A model generated the notes under the pieces. It saw only the letters and a list, made by a program, of their open reading frames with translations. It searched no databases and had not been told where the DNA came from. A stretch of DNA of 64,000 bases from an uncultured Bacteriovoracaceae bacterium (GTDB lineage: Bacteria > Bdellovibrionota > UBA2428): positions 343,750-407,749 of the forward strand of contig CAYZFQ010000001.1 of the NCBI GenBank assembly GCA_964477895.1, written 5' to 3'. This document shows, piece by piece, positions 1-10,165 of this stretch (position 1 is the first letter of the stretch; each line of letters begins with the position of its first letter). The translations under genes were made by a program, and so were the position numbers.

Positions 1-177
1 TAGGGGGTCTTCAGATTTTGGCCGAGAGGACGCCGCCTTTTTCGGTTTTGATCCGCAGGACCAAAGAGTCCCAAGAAGACTCAAGCTCAAGATTAAATAG
101 AAGTTTTTTCCCTGCACCACTCCATTAAATCCCAAAATCGCCTAGGAGCCTACATTGCAACGTGTTACTATACATAT

Positions 178-420
178 ATGGCGAGGAAGAAGGTTTCCAC
201 CACGGTATACCTCACCGAAGAACAAGTGGTGGCCCTCAAAGAACTACACAATCGAACCCGCGTACCCATCGCAGAATATATTCGCTTGGGCATTGATTTG
301 ATTTTGGATCGTTATGCCGAGAATTTGCCGGGGCAGGTTTCTTTGTTTGATGGAGTGGCTAAGGATCAGCTGGGGTATCGCAAGAAGGCGCCTGGGGATG
401 AGGGACCTGATTTGGTGTGA
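178..420 (+). CDS. Ribbon-helix-helix (CopG/MetJ/Arc-like) DNA-binding protein
   Basis: N-terminal beta strand KKVSTTVYLT followed by helices EEQVVALKELH and IAEYIRLGIDLIL, the RHH pattern; TGn-TACTAT (163-171) lies 6 nt before the ATG. Confidence 0.75.
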   Translation: MARKKVSTTVYLTEEQVVALKELHNRTRVPIAEYIRLGIDLILDRYAENLPGQVSLFDGVAKDQLGYRKKAPGDEGPDLV

Positions 421-483
421 GGGTCCTCACGAACGAGGCGAAGCTTTCTATGCTTCTTTTGTTACGGGGTTATCCGTCCAGAT

Positions 484-624
484 TTAAGACCGGTTCTTGC
501 GTGAACTCCGTCGTCTTTTCCATGACTTATAAATACGGCTCAACTTCTCGATCAATGTGACGATAAGAACCATGCAGTACAGCATGGCTCCAACAAGACG
601 CAGGATATTGTTAGTATCTTGCAT
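484..624 (-). CDS. 46-aa hydrophobic peptide with basic tail, candidate type I toxin (copy A)
   Basis: MQDTNNILRLVGAMLYCMVLIVTLIEKLSRIYKSWKRRRSSRKNRS; SD AAGGAGG just upstream of ATG 624; paralogous to 905-1024. Confidence 0.65.
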   Translation of the reverse strand: MQDTNNILRLVGAMLYCMVLIVTLIEKLSRIYKSWKRRRSSRKNRS

Positions 625-651
625 AGTGGCCTCCTTTTGAGAGGACCATCC

Positions 652-690
652 TTGGGCCGACCTCGTTCCGTGAGGACTAGGTTGGCCCAA
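652..690. repeat. Inverted repeat upstream of peptide copy A
   Basis: ttgggccgacct (652-663) pairs with aggttggcccaa (679-690), one G-T pair. Confidence 0.8.
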
Positions 691-705
691 GCAATTTTAG
701 TGCCT
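690..705 (-). promoter_or_regulatory. Putative sigma54 (-24/-12) promoter for peptide copy A
   Basis: Minus strand reads AGGCACTAAAATTGCT, i.e. GG-N10-GC, matching TGGCAC-N5-TTGC. Confidence 0.45.
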
Positions 706-833
706 AGATTATTCTGCGCAGAGTTCGAAACATAATTAGGATTGGTGTTGAGGCGCGTTTGAGTCGTATTGATTAATAGAACCTCAGCACTTTGGAATAT
801 TATCAGCGTAAAAAACTTGGCATGAATAATGTA

Positions 834-872
834 GGGTCCGACCTCAACCCTCAACGGATTGAGGTCGGACCC
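834..872. repeat. Perfect 14-bp inverted repeat upstream of peptide copy B
   Basis: gggtccgacctcaa (834-847) / ttgaggtcggaccc (859-872), 11-nt loop. Confidence 0.9.
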
Positions 873-904
873 ACGGATGGACAATCCTAAAGAAGGAGGT
901 CCAT

Positions 905-1024
905 ATGCAAGATACTAACACTATCCTGCAACTGATCCGAGAGCTAGTGAACATACTGGTTCTCCTATCGGCACTTGCCGATAGAGTCTTGAGCCGAAAA
1001 AAGAAGAAAAGGAAGAAATCTTAA
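905..1024 (+). CDS. 39-aa hydrophobic peptide with basic tail, candidate type I toxin (copy B; not in the ORF track)
   Basis: Manual translation MQDTNTILQLIRELVNILVLLSALADRVLSRKKKKRKKS*; SD AAGGAGG at 893-899; same MQDTNxIL start as copy A. Confidence 0.65.
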   Translation: MQDTNTILQLIRELVNILVLLSALADRVLSRKKKKRKKS

Positions 1025-1183
1025 ACAGACCTCAAGGATGAGCCTTTCTAGTGGAAAAACTTAACTTTTAACAAATGACGCAGGAATAGCGTCGCCCAAT
1101 CCGTTGGGGGCCTTTGATGGGCCATGGCCTTCTGTGCTGAAAATCCTAGATTTAAATCTCAGATTCTATGGACAAAGCTAGGT

Positions 1184-1528
1184 TCAAGTCATCCACTGAT
1201 GCGCGGAGAATTTCACAATGACGAAGATGTATACGATCCAAATTATCCAGGAAATGAAAAGGTATCGTCCAATGGCAACCAAATGCTGAACAGAGGAAAG
1301 CCTATGGCTCCTAGGCAGATAAAAGAAAACGGCCAGTGAAAGCACCAAATATGCCAATAAATTTAGCCCCGAAGCTAAAGAAAGAAGAACGGTTGAAAGG
1401 GCTAACAAGAAAATTTCAAGATAAAGCCTTCGGGGGGAGCGCCGTTTTACAAGAAAAAATAGAATCAAAGCCGCGAAGCCAAGTAGGCCCGGCAACAACA
1501 GAGTTGGATTCTTGTTTAGAAGCTCCAC
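1184..1528 (-). CDS. Small multi-pass membrane protein, unknown function
   Basis: 114 aa with 3-4 hydrophobic segments; AT-rich accessory context. Confidence 0.5.
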   Translation of the reverse strand: MELLNKNPTLLLPGLLGFAALILFFLVKRRSPRRLYLEIFLLALSTVLLSLASGLNLLAYLVLSLAVFFYLPRSHRLSSVQHLVAIGRYLFISWIIWIVYIFVIVKFSAHQWMT

Positions 1529-1734
1529 TATTTTATTGTATCCGGTTTTTTGGAAAATTTAATTTATAAATATCCAACGACTAAAACGCTCAACTTGCAT
1601 CGATAGCTCCGAGATTTTCCGAACATGCCAATTCACTTCCTTTTTTAACAACCCTAGCCTCCAAATCCCCCCCCCCACGTCCCCTCCCCACCACCTTCGA
1701 CGCCATCCCCGATCTCGTGTAAGAAAAGCTCTCC

Positions 1735-3591
1735 ATGCCAAGCACACCCGTAAACCGTATCCGCAATTTCTCGATCATCGCTCACATTGACCATGGCAAA
1801 TCTACTCTGGCCGACCGACTTATTGAATTCTGCGGGGGCCTCACCAAACGCGAAATGCAGTCCCAAGTCTTGGATTCCTTAGAGATCGAGCGCGAGCGTG
1901 GCATCACTATCAAGGCCCAAACGGTGCGCCTTAAGTACAAGGCCAAAGACGGCATCGAGTATATTTTAAACCTTATCGATACCCCCGGGCATGTGGACTT
2001 CACCTACGAGGTTTCGCGCTCACTTGCCGCCTGTGAAGGTGCCGTGCTGGTGGTGGACGCTTCTCAAGGCGTTGAGGCCCAAACTCTAGCTAACGTGTAC
2101 ATGGCCTTGGATGCCAATCTTTCCATCGTGCCTGTGATCAACAAAATCGACTTACCTTCAGCCGATATCGAGGCGGCTCGGGCGCAAATTGAAGATGTGA
2201 TTGGTATCGATGCTAGTGAGGCCATTCCTTGCTCGGCTAAAGAGGGAATCGGCATCCAGGAAATTTTAGAAGATATCGTTCGTAAGGTTCCCCCGCCTAA
2301 AGAAATTCTCAATGAGCCTCTGCGCGCACTCGTGATGGACAGCTGGTACGACAACTACCAAGGTGTTGTTTTGCTCGTGCGCATTATGGGAGGGATTCTA
2401 CGCAAGGGCGAACGCGTTCAGCTTATGTATATGAATGCGCAGATTCCCGACGATGAAACAAAAAAACAATATCTCGTCACTCGAGTGGGTTACTTCACTC
2501 CCAAGGCTACCGACATAGAAGAAGCCGGCCCGGGCGAGGTGGTCTTTGTGGTTTCGGGAATTAAGTCGGTGCGTGAAACCCGCATTGGTGACACCCTCAC
2601 TCATTGGCATCAGCAAAGTTCCGATAAAACTTTTGAAGTGGCCAAAGAGCCCCTGCCTGGATTTAAAGAAGTGAGATCAGTCGTTTTTTCAGGAGTCTTT
2701 CCCACGGATTCTAAAGATTTTGAAAACCTCAAAGAAGCTTTGGAGAAGTTGGTTCTCAATGACTCGGCCCTCACTTTTGAGCCCGAGTCCTCGGCGGCCC
2801 TAGGATTTGGCTTTCGCTGTGGTTACCTAGGACTTTTGCATATGGAAATAGTACAGGAGCGCCTCGAGCGAGAGTATGGCTTGGCGCTGATCTCCACCGC
2901 CCCTAGTGTGAAATATAAAATTCGTAAAACCAATGGCGAAGAGATTGAGATCGAAAATCCTTCTAAGATGCCAGCGCCTACTCTGATTGAAAAAATCGAA
3001 GAGCCTATGATTATGGGCACAATCCATACTCCCGCGGAATATGTGGGTGCGGTAATTACTCTCTGTGAAAAGCGTCGAGGAATCCAAGAGCGCATCGACT
3101 ATATTACTTCTGATCGCTGCGCCGTGATTTACCGTATGCCCTTGGGCGAAATGGTATTTGATTTTTATGATCGTTTGAAATCTCTCACCAAAGGTTATGC
3201 AAGTTTTGAGTACGAACTCGCCAGTATGCAGGAAAGCGACCTGGTGAAGCTTGATATTATGATCAACGGCGAGAATGTAGACGCTCTTTCGCTGATAGTG
3301 CACCGGTCGAAATCCTACGAACGGGGTCGCGATCTCACCGCCAAAATGAAGGAAGTCATTCCTCGGCAGCAATTTGAAATAGCCATTCAGGCCGCTGTGG
3401 GTGCCAAGATCATTGCCCGGGAAAGTTTGGGCGCTTTGCGTAAGAACGTCTTGGCCAAGTGCTATGGGGGCGATATCTCGCGCAAGCGAAAGCTCTTAGA
3501 AAAGCAAAAAGAGGGGAAGAAGCGCATGAAGAACATTGGCGTGGTGGAAGTTCCTCAGGAAGCTTTTCTTGCCGTCCTTAAAGTAGAGTGA
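1735..3591 (+). CDS. lepA: Elongation factor 4 (LepA)
   Basis: [34 protein letters not shown], and C-terminal [25 protein letters not shown]. Confidence 0.99.
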   Translation: MPSTPVNRIRNFSIIAHIDHGKSTLADRLIEFCGGLTKREMQSQVLDSLEIERERGITIKAQTVRLKYKAKDGIEYILNLIDTPGHVDFTYEVSRSLAACEGAVLVVDASQGVEAQTLANVYMALDANLSIVPVINKIDLPSADIEAARAQIEDVIGIDASEAIPCSAKEGIGIQEILEDIVRKVPPPKEILNEPLRALVMDSWYDNYQGVVLLVRIMGGILRKGERVQLMYMNAQIPDDETKKQYLVTRVGYFTPKATDIEEAGPGEVVFVVSGIKSVRETRIGDTLTHWHQQSSDKTFEVAKEPLPGFKEVRSVVFSGVFPTDSKDFENLKEALEKLVLNDSALTFEPESSAALGFGFRCGYLGLLHMEIVQERLEREYGLALISTAPSVKYKIRKTNGEEIEIENPSKMPAPTLIEKIEEPMIMGTIHTPAEYVGAVITLCEKRRGIQERIDYITSDRCAVIYRMPLGEMVFDFYDRLKSLTKGYASFEYELASMQESDLVKLDIMINGENVDALSLIVHRSKSYERGRDLTAKMKEVIPRQQFEIAIQAAVGAKIIARESLGALRKNVLAKCYGGDISRKRKLLEKQKEGKKRMKNIGVVEVPQEAFLAVLKVE

Positions 3592-3607
3592 TACGGTCCC
3601 ATTTTTA

Positions 3608-4504
3608 GTGAAAGCCATCCGACATTTGATTTCGATCTCGGATCTCAGCGATGAGCAAATCCAGGGCCTTGTATTTCAAAGTCTCCACAATCCCCCTCAC
3701 GCCCAGGCCCTCGACCCTCTGAAAAAGGCCGTTGGTCTTATTTTTTTAGAACCCTCTACTCGCACTCGAGTTAGCTTTGAACGAGCCGGTCAGAACAATG
3801 GCCACCATACGATCTTGATGGATTCTAAGGGTACTTCCGTTGAGAAGGGCGAAAGCTTGGCCGACACACTTCGTACCGTTGCGGCCTACGGGGTAGGGAT
3901 ATTTGTAATACGCACTCCTTTTACTGGTTCGTTGAATTCCCTTACCCACCTTGGCCTCGGCCCTGTGCTTAATGCCGGAGATGGAGTGGGTGAACATCCT
4001 ACCCAAGCTCTTCTAGACTTGGTGACGCTTGTTAAGACCTTTGGGGGCGGTAAATTGGAAAAAGTGAAGGGTCTACGCCTAGGCATCATGGGGGACCTCA
4101 AGCGGTCTCGAGTGGCTCGATCTTGGTCGCTTCTGGGACCCCGCGTTGGGATCGAGCTTTCTTTTGTAAGTCCTAACGACTGGAAGCCTACGGACTGGAC
4201 TCAGAAATATGAGTGGAGTGCCGATAAACGGGAGCTCCAGTCGGTGGATGTGGTCATGGCCCTACGCGTGCAAAAAGAGCGCATGGTAACACTCGATCCT
4301 GAGGAGTCGAAAAAGTTTGCATTGGACTTTCAAATTCACTCCGCCGACCTTAAAGAGAAGCAACGACTTATGCATCCCGGTCCGGTCAACTGGGGAGTGG
4401 AAATTCATGAAGATTGGATTTCCGATCCTCGGTCCTTAATTGGCGAACAGTTGCGAAGCGGGATGCTATTGCGATCAACTCTTTTAGAGAATTTAGATGT
4501 ATAA
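3608..4504 (+). CDS. pyrB: Aspartate carbamoyltransferase catalytic subunit
   Basis: FLEPSTRTRVSFE, NAGDGVGEHPTQALLD, MHPGP motifs. Confidence 0.95.
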   Translation: MKAIRHLISISDLSDEQIQGLVFQSLHNPPHAQALDPLKKAVGLIFLEPSTRTRVSFERAGQNNGHHTILMDSKGTSVEKGESLADTLRTVAAYGVGIFVIRTPFTGSLNSLTHLGLGPVLNAGDGVGEHPTQALLDLVTLVKTFGGGKLEKVKGLRLGIMGDLKRSRVARSWSLLGPRVGIELSFVSPNDWKPTDWTQKYEWSADKRELQSVDVVMALRVQKERMVTLDPEESKKFALDFQIHSADLKEKQRLMHPGPVNWGVEIHEDWISDPRSLIGEQLRSGMLLRSTLLENLDV

Positions 4505-5690
4505 AAAAACGGACTTTTCCAAAGCCTCTCAACTCGTTGCTCATGACGTAACATTTTATTTAGAAAAAGGCGCTTGTTTTGAGGGACGGGCCTACGGCGA
4601 TTTTTCTCAGCCTCGATCCGGAGAATTTGTTTTTTGTACGGCGATGAGTGGAATTGAAGAGTCTCTCACCGATCCTAGCTTTGCTCGGCAAATTTTGGTG
4701 AGCACGGTGGCCCATGTGGGCAATACTGGGTACACCGCTGAAGACGCTGAGAGCGAAAAAATTTGGGCAGAGGGGCTCATTTGCCGGCGTGTGGAAAGCC
4801 AACCTTCCAATTGGCGCGCCAAAAGTTCTATCCCAGAGTGGATGGTGGCCGAAGGACGCTTTGTAGTAGAGGGGGTCGATACACGGGCGCTGACCACGAT
4901 TTTACGTGAAGAAGGTAGTCAGCGCGGTGTGGTTTTTTTGCGCGGAAAGATGACGGCAGCCGAGGCTCTCGATTTCATAAAAAATAAGGTGCCCGAGATG
5001 AAGGGCCAAGATCTCACCGGGCTTGTGACTTGTGCGCATGAGTATTCTTTTGATGAGAGTAAGAATCCCTATGGTTACTGGCCCATGCTGGCCGAACTTC
5101 CAAAAAAACAGGTCGAAAAACGCGGGCGTATTGCGGTGTGGGATTTTGGAGTGAAGCGCAACACCTTGCGGATTCTCAATTCCCTGGGAGCTCCCGTTCA
5201 AGTCATGCCCGCCACGGCTAAAGCCGAAGAACTTCTGGCGGCAGCTGAAAGTGGAATTTTTCTCAGCAATGGACCCGGAGACCCTGCAGCCGCGACTCAC
5301 ATCATCCAAGAACTCAAAAAGGTGATTGGCAAAAAGCCTCTATTTGCCATCTGCCTGGGCCATCAGCTGGTGGCTCATGCTGTGGGTGCTAAAACTTTTA
5401 AAATGAAATTTGGCCATCGTGGAATTCACCATCCCGTGGTGCAGAAAGACTCCAGTGGGCGTAGTCTGCGAACTTGGATCACGAGTCAAAATCACGGCTT
5501 TGCCGTCGACCGAGAATCTCTTCCCGTCTCGGTGCATGTGTCCTTTGAGCATGGCGACGATGAAACTGTTGAGGGTTTGAGTTTGCCGAACTTGCGCGCT
5601 GAAACCGTGCAATTTCATCCGGAGGCTGGACCCGGACCTACCGACTCTTGTGTTCTTATTCGGGATTTTGTGTTGGAGGGAATGAAATGA
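4497..5690 (+). CDS. carA: Carbamoyl-phosphate synthase small subunit
   Basis: LTDPS, LSNGPGDP, ICLGHQ (catalytic Cys), TSQNHGF, QFHPEA. Confidence 0.97.
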   Translation: MYKKTDFSKASQLVAHDVTFYLEKGACFEGRAYGDFSQPRSGEFVFCTAMSGIEESLTDPSFARQILVSTVAHVGNTGYTAEDAESEKIWAEGLICRRVESQPSNWRAKSSIPEWMVAEGRFVVEGVDTRALTTILREEGSQRGVVFLRGKMTAAEALDFIKNKVPEMKGQDLTGLVTCAHEYSFDESKNPYGYWPMLAELPKKQVEKRGRIAVWDFGVKRNTLRILNSLGAPVQVMPATAKAEELLAAAESGIFLSNGPGDPAAATHIIQELKKVIGKKPLFAICLGHQLVAHAVGAKTFKMKFGHRGIHHPVVQKDSSGRSLRTWITSQNHGFAVDRESLPVSVHVSFEHGDDETVEGLSLPNLRAETVQFHPEAGPGPTDSCVLIRDFVLEGMK

Positions 5691-6328
5691 TTCAGTTGCG
5701 GGGCTATCTCGACCGGGTGCTCGAAGCCTATTCTAAGGGCGCTTATTACGAAGAAGTAAAATTCGCCAAAGAAGAGTTTTTTGAGAGGGCTGGACGTGTG
5801 GCCGAGGGCTCGGAAGTTTTCGAGACTCAAATGCGTGCTTTCTTGGACTGGTATATTTTTGATCGTCCTTTGAAAATTCACGACGTTGCGCCAGTGAAAA
5901 TGTTTGTGCTGGAGCATGTCGATACTTTAACCGAAGAAGATCAGCAGATTTATATTGCTCTGGCCAAATCAGTACATTCTCTTTTTGAGCTTACCAAAGT
6001 GAAGGGGTCCGACATTTACATCAAAGATCTCTTTGATGGAGTCAAATATGTGGTGCGAGAGTCTGAGGTTAACACTGGCTTCAGCAAAAAAGATCTTTTC
6101 GAAGCCCGACTTATTGAAATTGGCGACCGGCTTTATTTTGGAAACTCTTTTATTTTTCATCCCGGCGAAACCCGACCCTTCGTGTTGAAGCAAGTCAAAT
6201 CCACGCGTTATCTGGAGAGCAAGGAAAAGCTTAAGCTTTTGCATAAGCTGGCTAGTATGAAACTTAAAACCGACCAGTATTCACACATTGATGTGAAGCA
6301 TATCTATACGGAGAAACCGCTTTTTTAA
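5687..6328 (+). CDS. Hypothetical protein translationally coupled between carA and carB
   Basis: 213 aa; ATGA overlap with the carA stop, TAATG overlap with the carB start, SD GGAGG; FLDWYIFDR motif. Confidence 0.8.
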   Translation: MIQLRGYLDRVLEAYSKGAYYEEVKFAKEEFFERAGRVAEGSEVFETQMRAFLDWYIFDRPLKIHDVAPVKMFVLEHVDTLTEEDQQIYIALAKSVHSLFELTKVKGSDIYIKDLFDGVKYVVRESEVNTGFSKKDLFEARLIEIGDRLYFGNSFIFHPGETRPFVLKQVKSTRYLESKEKLKLLHKLASMKLKTDQYSHIDVKHIYTEKPLF

Positions 6329-9300
6329 TGGGAACCGTAGAGCTGAAAACCATTAAGAATGTTTTGATTCTGGGTTCGGGCCCCATCACTATTGGGCAGG
6401 CCTGTGAGTTTGATTACTCTGGCACTCAGGCCTGCAAAGCTCTCAAGGAAGAGGGTTTGCGGGTAGTACTTCTCAATTCCAATCCGGCCACCATTATGAC
6501 CGATCCGAATGTTGCGGATCGCACTTATATTGAACCGCTGGATCCCATGACCGTGATCGAGATCATTCGTAAGGAAGCTATTGACGCTATTTTGCCTACG
6601 ATGGGTGGGCAAACGGGTTTGAATTTAATTCTGGCTCTTTCAAAGATCCCTCGAGCCTTGGAGTCGGTCAGAATTTTAGGCGCCAACCTGAAAGCCATTC
6701 ACTTAGCCGAAGATCGCAGGGCCTTTAGGGAAGTGGTGACAGCTCTGGGAATGGACACTCCTAAGTCGGCCGTCATTCGTACTATTGAAGAATGCCAAGA
6801 ATTCGCCAAAGACACGGGGTTTCCCTTTATCCTGCGACCTAGCTTTACCTTGGGTGGCACCGGCCAAAGTTTTGTTTTTTCCAGCAGCGAGTTAATTGAG
6901 AAAACTCGCACGGCTCTTATGGAGTCTCCTATTGGGGAGGCCCTAGTGGAAGAAAGTGTTTTGGGTTGGAAAGAATACGAACTCGAAGTGATGCGCGATC
7001 GCCAAGACAACGCCATCATTGTTTGTTCGATTGAAAATTTAGATCCGATGGGTATTCACACGGGTGATTCCATTACGGTGGCTCCCGCTCAAACTCTTAC
7101 AGATCGTGAATACCAATCAATGCGCACGGATTCTTTGCGTCTGATTCGACGCGTGGGAGTGGAGACCGGCGGATGTAACGTCCAGTTTGCGGTTGATCCC
7201 AAAACGGGTCGACGCATTGTCATTGAAATGAATCCACGAGTCTCGAGGTCTTCAGCCCTCGCATCAAAAGCCACGGGTTTTCCTATCGCCTACGTCGCCA
7301 CTAAACTGGCTCTGGGATATACGCTGCCAGAAATTCAAAACACAATTACGAATACTACCAAAGCTTGCTTTGAACCTCCCATCGACTATGTGGCGCTAAA
7401 GATCCCGCGCTTTCACTTTGAAAAGTTTCCGGGAGCGAAAGACGAACTTCTCCCTCAGATGCAAAGTGTGGGAGAGGTTTTGGCTTTTGGGGGAAGCTTT
7501 GGTGAAGCTTTTCACAAGGCTCTAAATAGTTTGGAAAGAAAGTGGCCGATCTTTGATCCTGTGGACTCCAAGAATCCTGTAGAAGCATGGGAGCAAGAGG
7601 CGGATGCACTCTTAGTGAAATCTCACTCACGTCGAGGTTTCGCGATTTGGGATGCCTTGGCCTGCGGATTTGAGCCTGATCTTCTCGCTAAGATCATGTG
7701 CTTTGATCCTTGGTTCACTCGGGAGTTGCGCCGCTACCAAAAAATGACGGGCTTAGGTCCTCGCGCCACAAATTTCCCAAAGAGTCCGGTGCGTTTTGAA
7801 ATGATCGATACCTGTTCGGCTGAAACACGCGCTCAAACTCCCTTTTATTATTCCACGCGCGAGCCCTTGGGTCGCCCGGCAGACTTTATGGAAAAGTATG
7901 GAGCTTCTATTCTGAGCCCTGACTTTGAGAAAAAGCGCGGCCGGGTAGTCATTTTAGGCTCAGGGCCCAACCGCATCGGCCAGGGTGTAGAGTTTGATTA
8001 CTGCTGTGTTCATGCTTCTCTCGCTTTGCAACGAATGGGTTTTGAAACCATCATGGTAAATTGCAATCCTGAAACGGTAAGCACCGACCCGACGACCTCT
8101 ACTCGCCTTTATCTTGAGCCTTTGGCGGATGATTCTGTAAAAGCGGTGCTGGAAAAAGAATTAGATCCCTGTGTGAAGGCCGGCAAAGAAGCCTATGTGC
8201 TGGTGCAAACGGGGGGACAAACCCCACTTAAGCTTGCCGCGAATATCGAAGCTTGGGGATATAAAATTTTAGGAACAAGCAAGGCGGCGATAGATTTGTG
8301 CGAAGATCGCTCACTCTTTGCCAAGCTTTTGACCGAGCTAGATGTGGCTTATCCAGACTTTGCCGAAACCTCTACCTTTGATGAAAGTCTCACAGCTGCA
8401 CGTCGATTGGGTTATCCCATCCTCGTGCGCCCCTCTTATGTGCTGGGTGGGCGCGGCATGAAGATTTGTGGTTCCGATAAAGACTTGGCCAATGCCTTCA
8501 CCGAAGCCAAAGAAGTAAGTGAAGAGTATCCGCTCTACCTAGATAAGTTTTTAGTCAGTGCCATTGAGTTTGATGTAGATGGAATTTGTGATGGCACGAA
8601 TGCCTGGGTGGCGGGCATTATGGAACACGTCGAAGAAGCGGGCATTCATAGTGGTGATTCTTCGTGTGTCATTCCACCTTTTCGAGCCACTCCAGCTACG
8701 GTTCAAGAGATGGGCAAACTTGCGATTCGCATAGCCTTGGCTTCTAAGGCCAAAGGTTTGTTTAATATCCAAATGGCTGTAGTGAATGAGCGCATTTATG
8801 TTTTGGAAGCCAATCCCCGGGCTTCGCGTACGGTGCCCTTTTTAGCCAAAGCTACGGGATATCCCATCATTGAATGGGGTTTGCGCGCCGCTTTGGGTGA
8901 GCCGCTAAAAGACTATTTAAAATTAGCGCCCCGCTCGGAAGAATATCTTTTGCCCAGTGGGGGCTATGCCGTGAAGAGTCCGGTCTTTCCTTTTTCTAAA
9001 TTTAAAAATGTCGATCCGGTCTTGGGACCCGAAATGCGCTCCACTGGGGAAGTCATGGGAATGGATGCCTCTCCCGGAGCTGCTTTTGCCAAGGCTTTTA
9101 TGGCTGCTGGGGTAAGTTTGCCTACCAGTGGTGCGATTTTATTTAGTGTGAACGACACGGAGAAAAATCGTGCCCTCCAAACAGCGCGCAATCTGCAGCT
9201 GATGGGCTTTAAAATCATAGGCACTCCGGGGACGGCTAAGTTTTTCAGTCGTGCTGGGGTGAAGACGGAATCCATTGCTAAGATTGGCCAGGCACCTTTA

Positions 9301-9543
9301 GGTGAAGATTTGCTAGCCCTCCTTAAAGACTCCCATGTACAACTTGTAGTGAACACGACCGGCACTTTAGATTCTTACCGGGACGGACTTACTATCCGCC
9401 AGGCGGCCCTGCGCTACCGGGTCCCCTTACTTTCTACACTCTCAGCGGCGGAAATGGCCGCAATGGCCATTCAGACACTAACTCAAAGTGGGGTACGTAC
9501 TGTTTGCCTGCAGGATTTTACGCTTGGATCGTATACGACCTAG
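6328..9543 (+). CDS. carB: Carbamoyl-phosphate synthase large subunit
   Basis: [45 protein letters not shown], second ATP-grasp [16 protein letters not shown]-terminal MGS-like domain. Confidence 0.98.
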   Translation: MGTVELKTIKNVLILGSGPITIGQACEFDYSGTQACKALKEEGLRVVLLNSNPATIMTDPNVADRTYIEPLDPMTVIEIIRKEAIDAILPTMGGQTGLNLILALSKIPRALESVRILGANLKAIHLAEDRRAFREVVTALGMDTPKSAVIRTIEECQEFAKDTGFPFILRPSFTLGGTGQSFVFSSSELIEKTRTALMESPIGEALVEESVLGWKEYELEVMRDRQDNAIIVCSIENLDPMGIHTGDSITVAPAQTLTDREYQSMRTDSLRLIRRVGVETGGCNVQFAVDPKTGRRIVIEMNPRVSRSSALASKATGFPIAYVATKLALGYTLPEIQNTITNTTKACFEPPIDYVALKIPRFHFEKFPGAKDELLPQMQSVGEVLAFGGSFGEAFHKALNSLERKWPIFDPVDSKNPVEAWEQEADALLVKSHSRRGFAIWDALACGFEPDLLAKIMCFDPWFTRELRRYQKMTGLGPRATNFPKSPVRFEMIDTCSAETRAQTPFYYSTREPLGRPADFMEKYGASILSPDFEKKRGRVVILGSGPNRIGQGVEFDYCCVHASLALQRMGFETIMVNCNPETVSTDPTTSTRLYLEPLADDSVKAVLEKELDPCVKAGKEAYVLVQTGGQTPLKLAANIEAWGYKILGTSKAAIDLCEDRSLFAKLLTELDVAYPDFAETSTFDESLTAARRLGYPILVRPSYVLGGRGMKICGSDKDLANAFTEAKEVSEEYPLYLDKFLVSAIEFDVDGICDGTNAWVAGIMEHVEEAGIHSGDSSCVIPPFRATPATVQEMGKLAIRIALASKAKGLFNIQMAVVNERIYVLEANPRASRTVPFLAKATGYPIIEWGLRAALGEPLKDYLKLAPRSEEYLLPSGGYAVKSPVFPFSKFKNVDPVLGPEMRSTGEVMGMDASPGAAFAKAFMAAGVSLPTSGAILFSVNDTEKNRALQTARNLQLMGFKIIGTPGTAKFFSRAGVKTESIAKIGQAPLGEDLLALLKDSHVQLVVNTTGTLDSYRDGLTIRQAALRYRVPLLSTLSAAEMAAMAIQTLTQSGVRTVCLQDFTLGSYTT

Positions 9544-9545
9544 AA

Positions 9546-9581
9546 AAGGCGTCAGTGAACTTTTTTCAGACGTCACCCACC
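9546..9581 (+). repeat. 36-bp dispersed imperfect palindrome, copy 1 (candidate REP)
   Basis: aaggcgtcagtgaacttttttcagacgtcacccacc; 33/36 identical to the reverse complement of 22678-22713. Confidence 0.75.
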
Positions 9582-9681
9582 TTAGATAATGTCTTCCGCG
9601 TCCGAGGAAACGATTGACCTTGCCCCGTATCAAGGCGCCGTTTGACGACAGCGGCGCTATCTGGCACTTTTACACCTCGAA

Positions 9682-10155
9682 ATGTCTGACAAGCTCCCCC
9701 TTACCGTTGAAGGTAAATTAGCTTTAGAAGAGGAATTAAAACGCCTCAAGCATGTCGATCGCCCTGCGGTGATTGAGCAAATTGCTATTGCTCGGGCACA
9801 TGGTGATCTGTCAGAAAATGCGGAATATTCCGCCGCCCGTGAAAAGCAAAGTTTTATTGAAGGTCGTATCTTAGATATCGGCGATAAATTAGCGCGTGCC
9901 GAAGTCATCGACGTGAGAAATATCCAGTCTGATAAAATCGTCTTTGGTGCTCACGTGGTAGCCCAAGATCCCGATGGCAAAGAAATTTCCGTGCAAATTG
10001 TGGGCGAGCCCGAAGCTGACTTAGCTCGCGGCAAGCTTTCCGTTTCAGCACCCCTGGCCCGCGCTTTGTTAGGCAAAGTTGAAGGTGACGAAGCCATTGT
10101 TAAAAGTCCTAAAGGCGACATCGCCTACGACATTATCAAAGTCGAATACAAATAG
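9682..10155 (+). CDS. greA: Transcription elongation factor GreA
   Basis: ARAHGDLSENAEYSAARE, and SVSAPLARALLGK. Confidence 0.97.
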   Translation: MSDKLPLTVEGKLALEEELKRLKHVDRPAVIEQIAIARAHGDLSENAEYSAAREKQSFIEGRILDIGDKLARAEVIDVRNIQSDKIVFGAHVVAQDPDGKEISVQIVGEPEADLARGKLSVSAPLARALLGKVEGDEAIVKSPKGDIAYDIIKVEYK

Positions 10156-10165
10156 GATTTTACTC

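Noticed and set aside
3-13. gggggtcttca shared with about 22620-22630
   Set aside because: Only 11 bp with no further similarity; could be chance
484-690. 68-aa version of the peptide ORF from the ORF track
   Set aside because: The strong SD and the paralogy with 905-1024 place the start at ATG 624; the extension runs through the hairpin leader
818-833. Sigma54 promoter for peptide copy B (TGGCATGAATAATGT) and its copy at 13498
   Set aside because: The -12 GC is GT or CT, so these were not called as promoters; noted only as part of the repeat
552-884. 110-aa minus-strand ORF, plus ORFs 1124-1339 and 1336-1569
   Set aside because: No recognisable motifs; they overlap the promoter/hairpin region or lie antisense to the membrane-protein gene
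10079-10165. N-terminal extension of RecG overlapping greA
   Set aside because: ATG 10166 after the greA stop is more plausible
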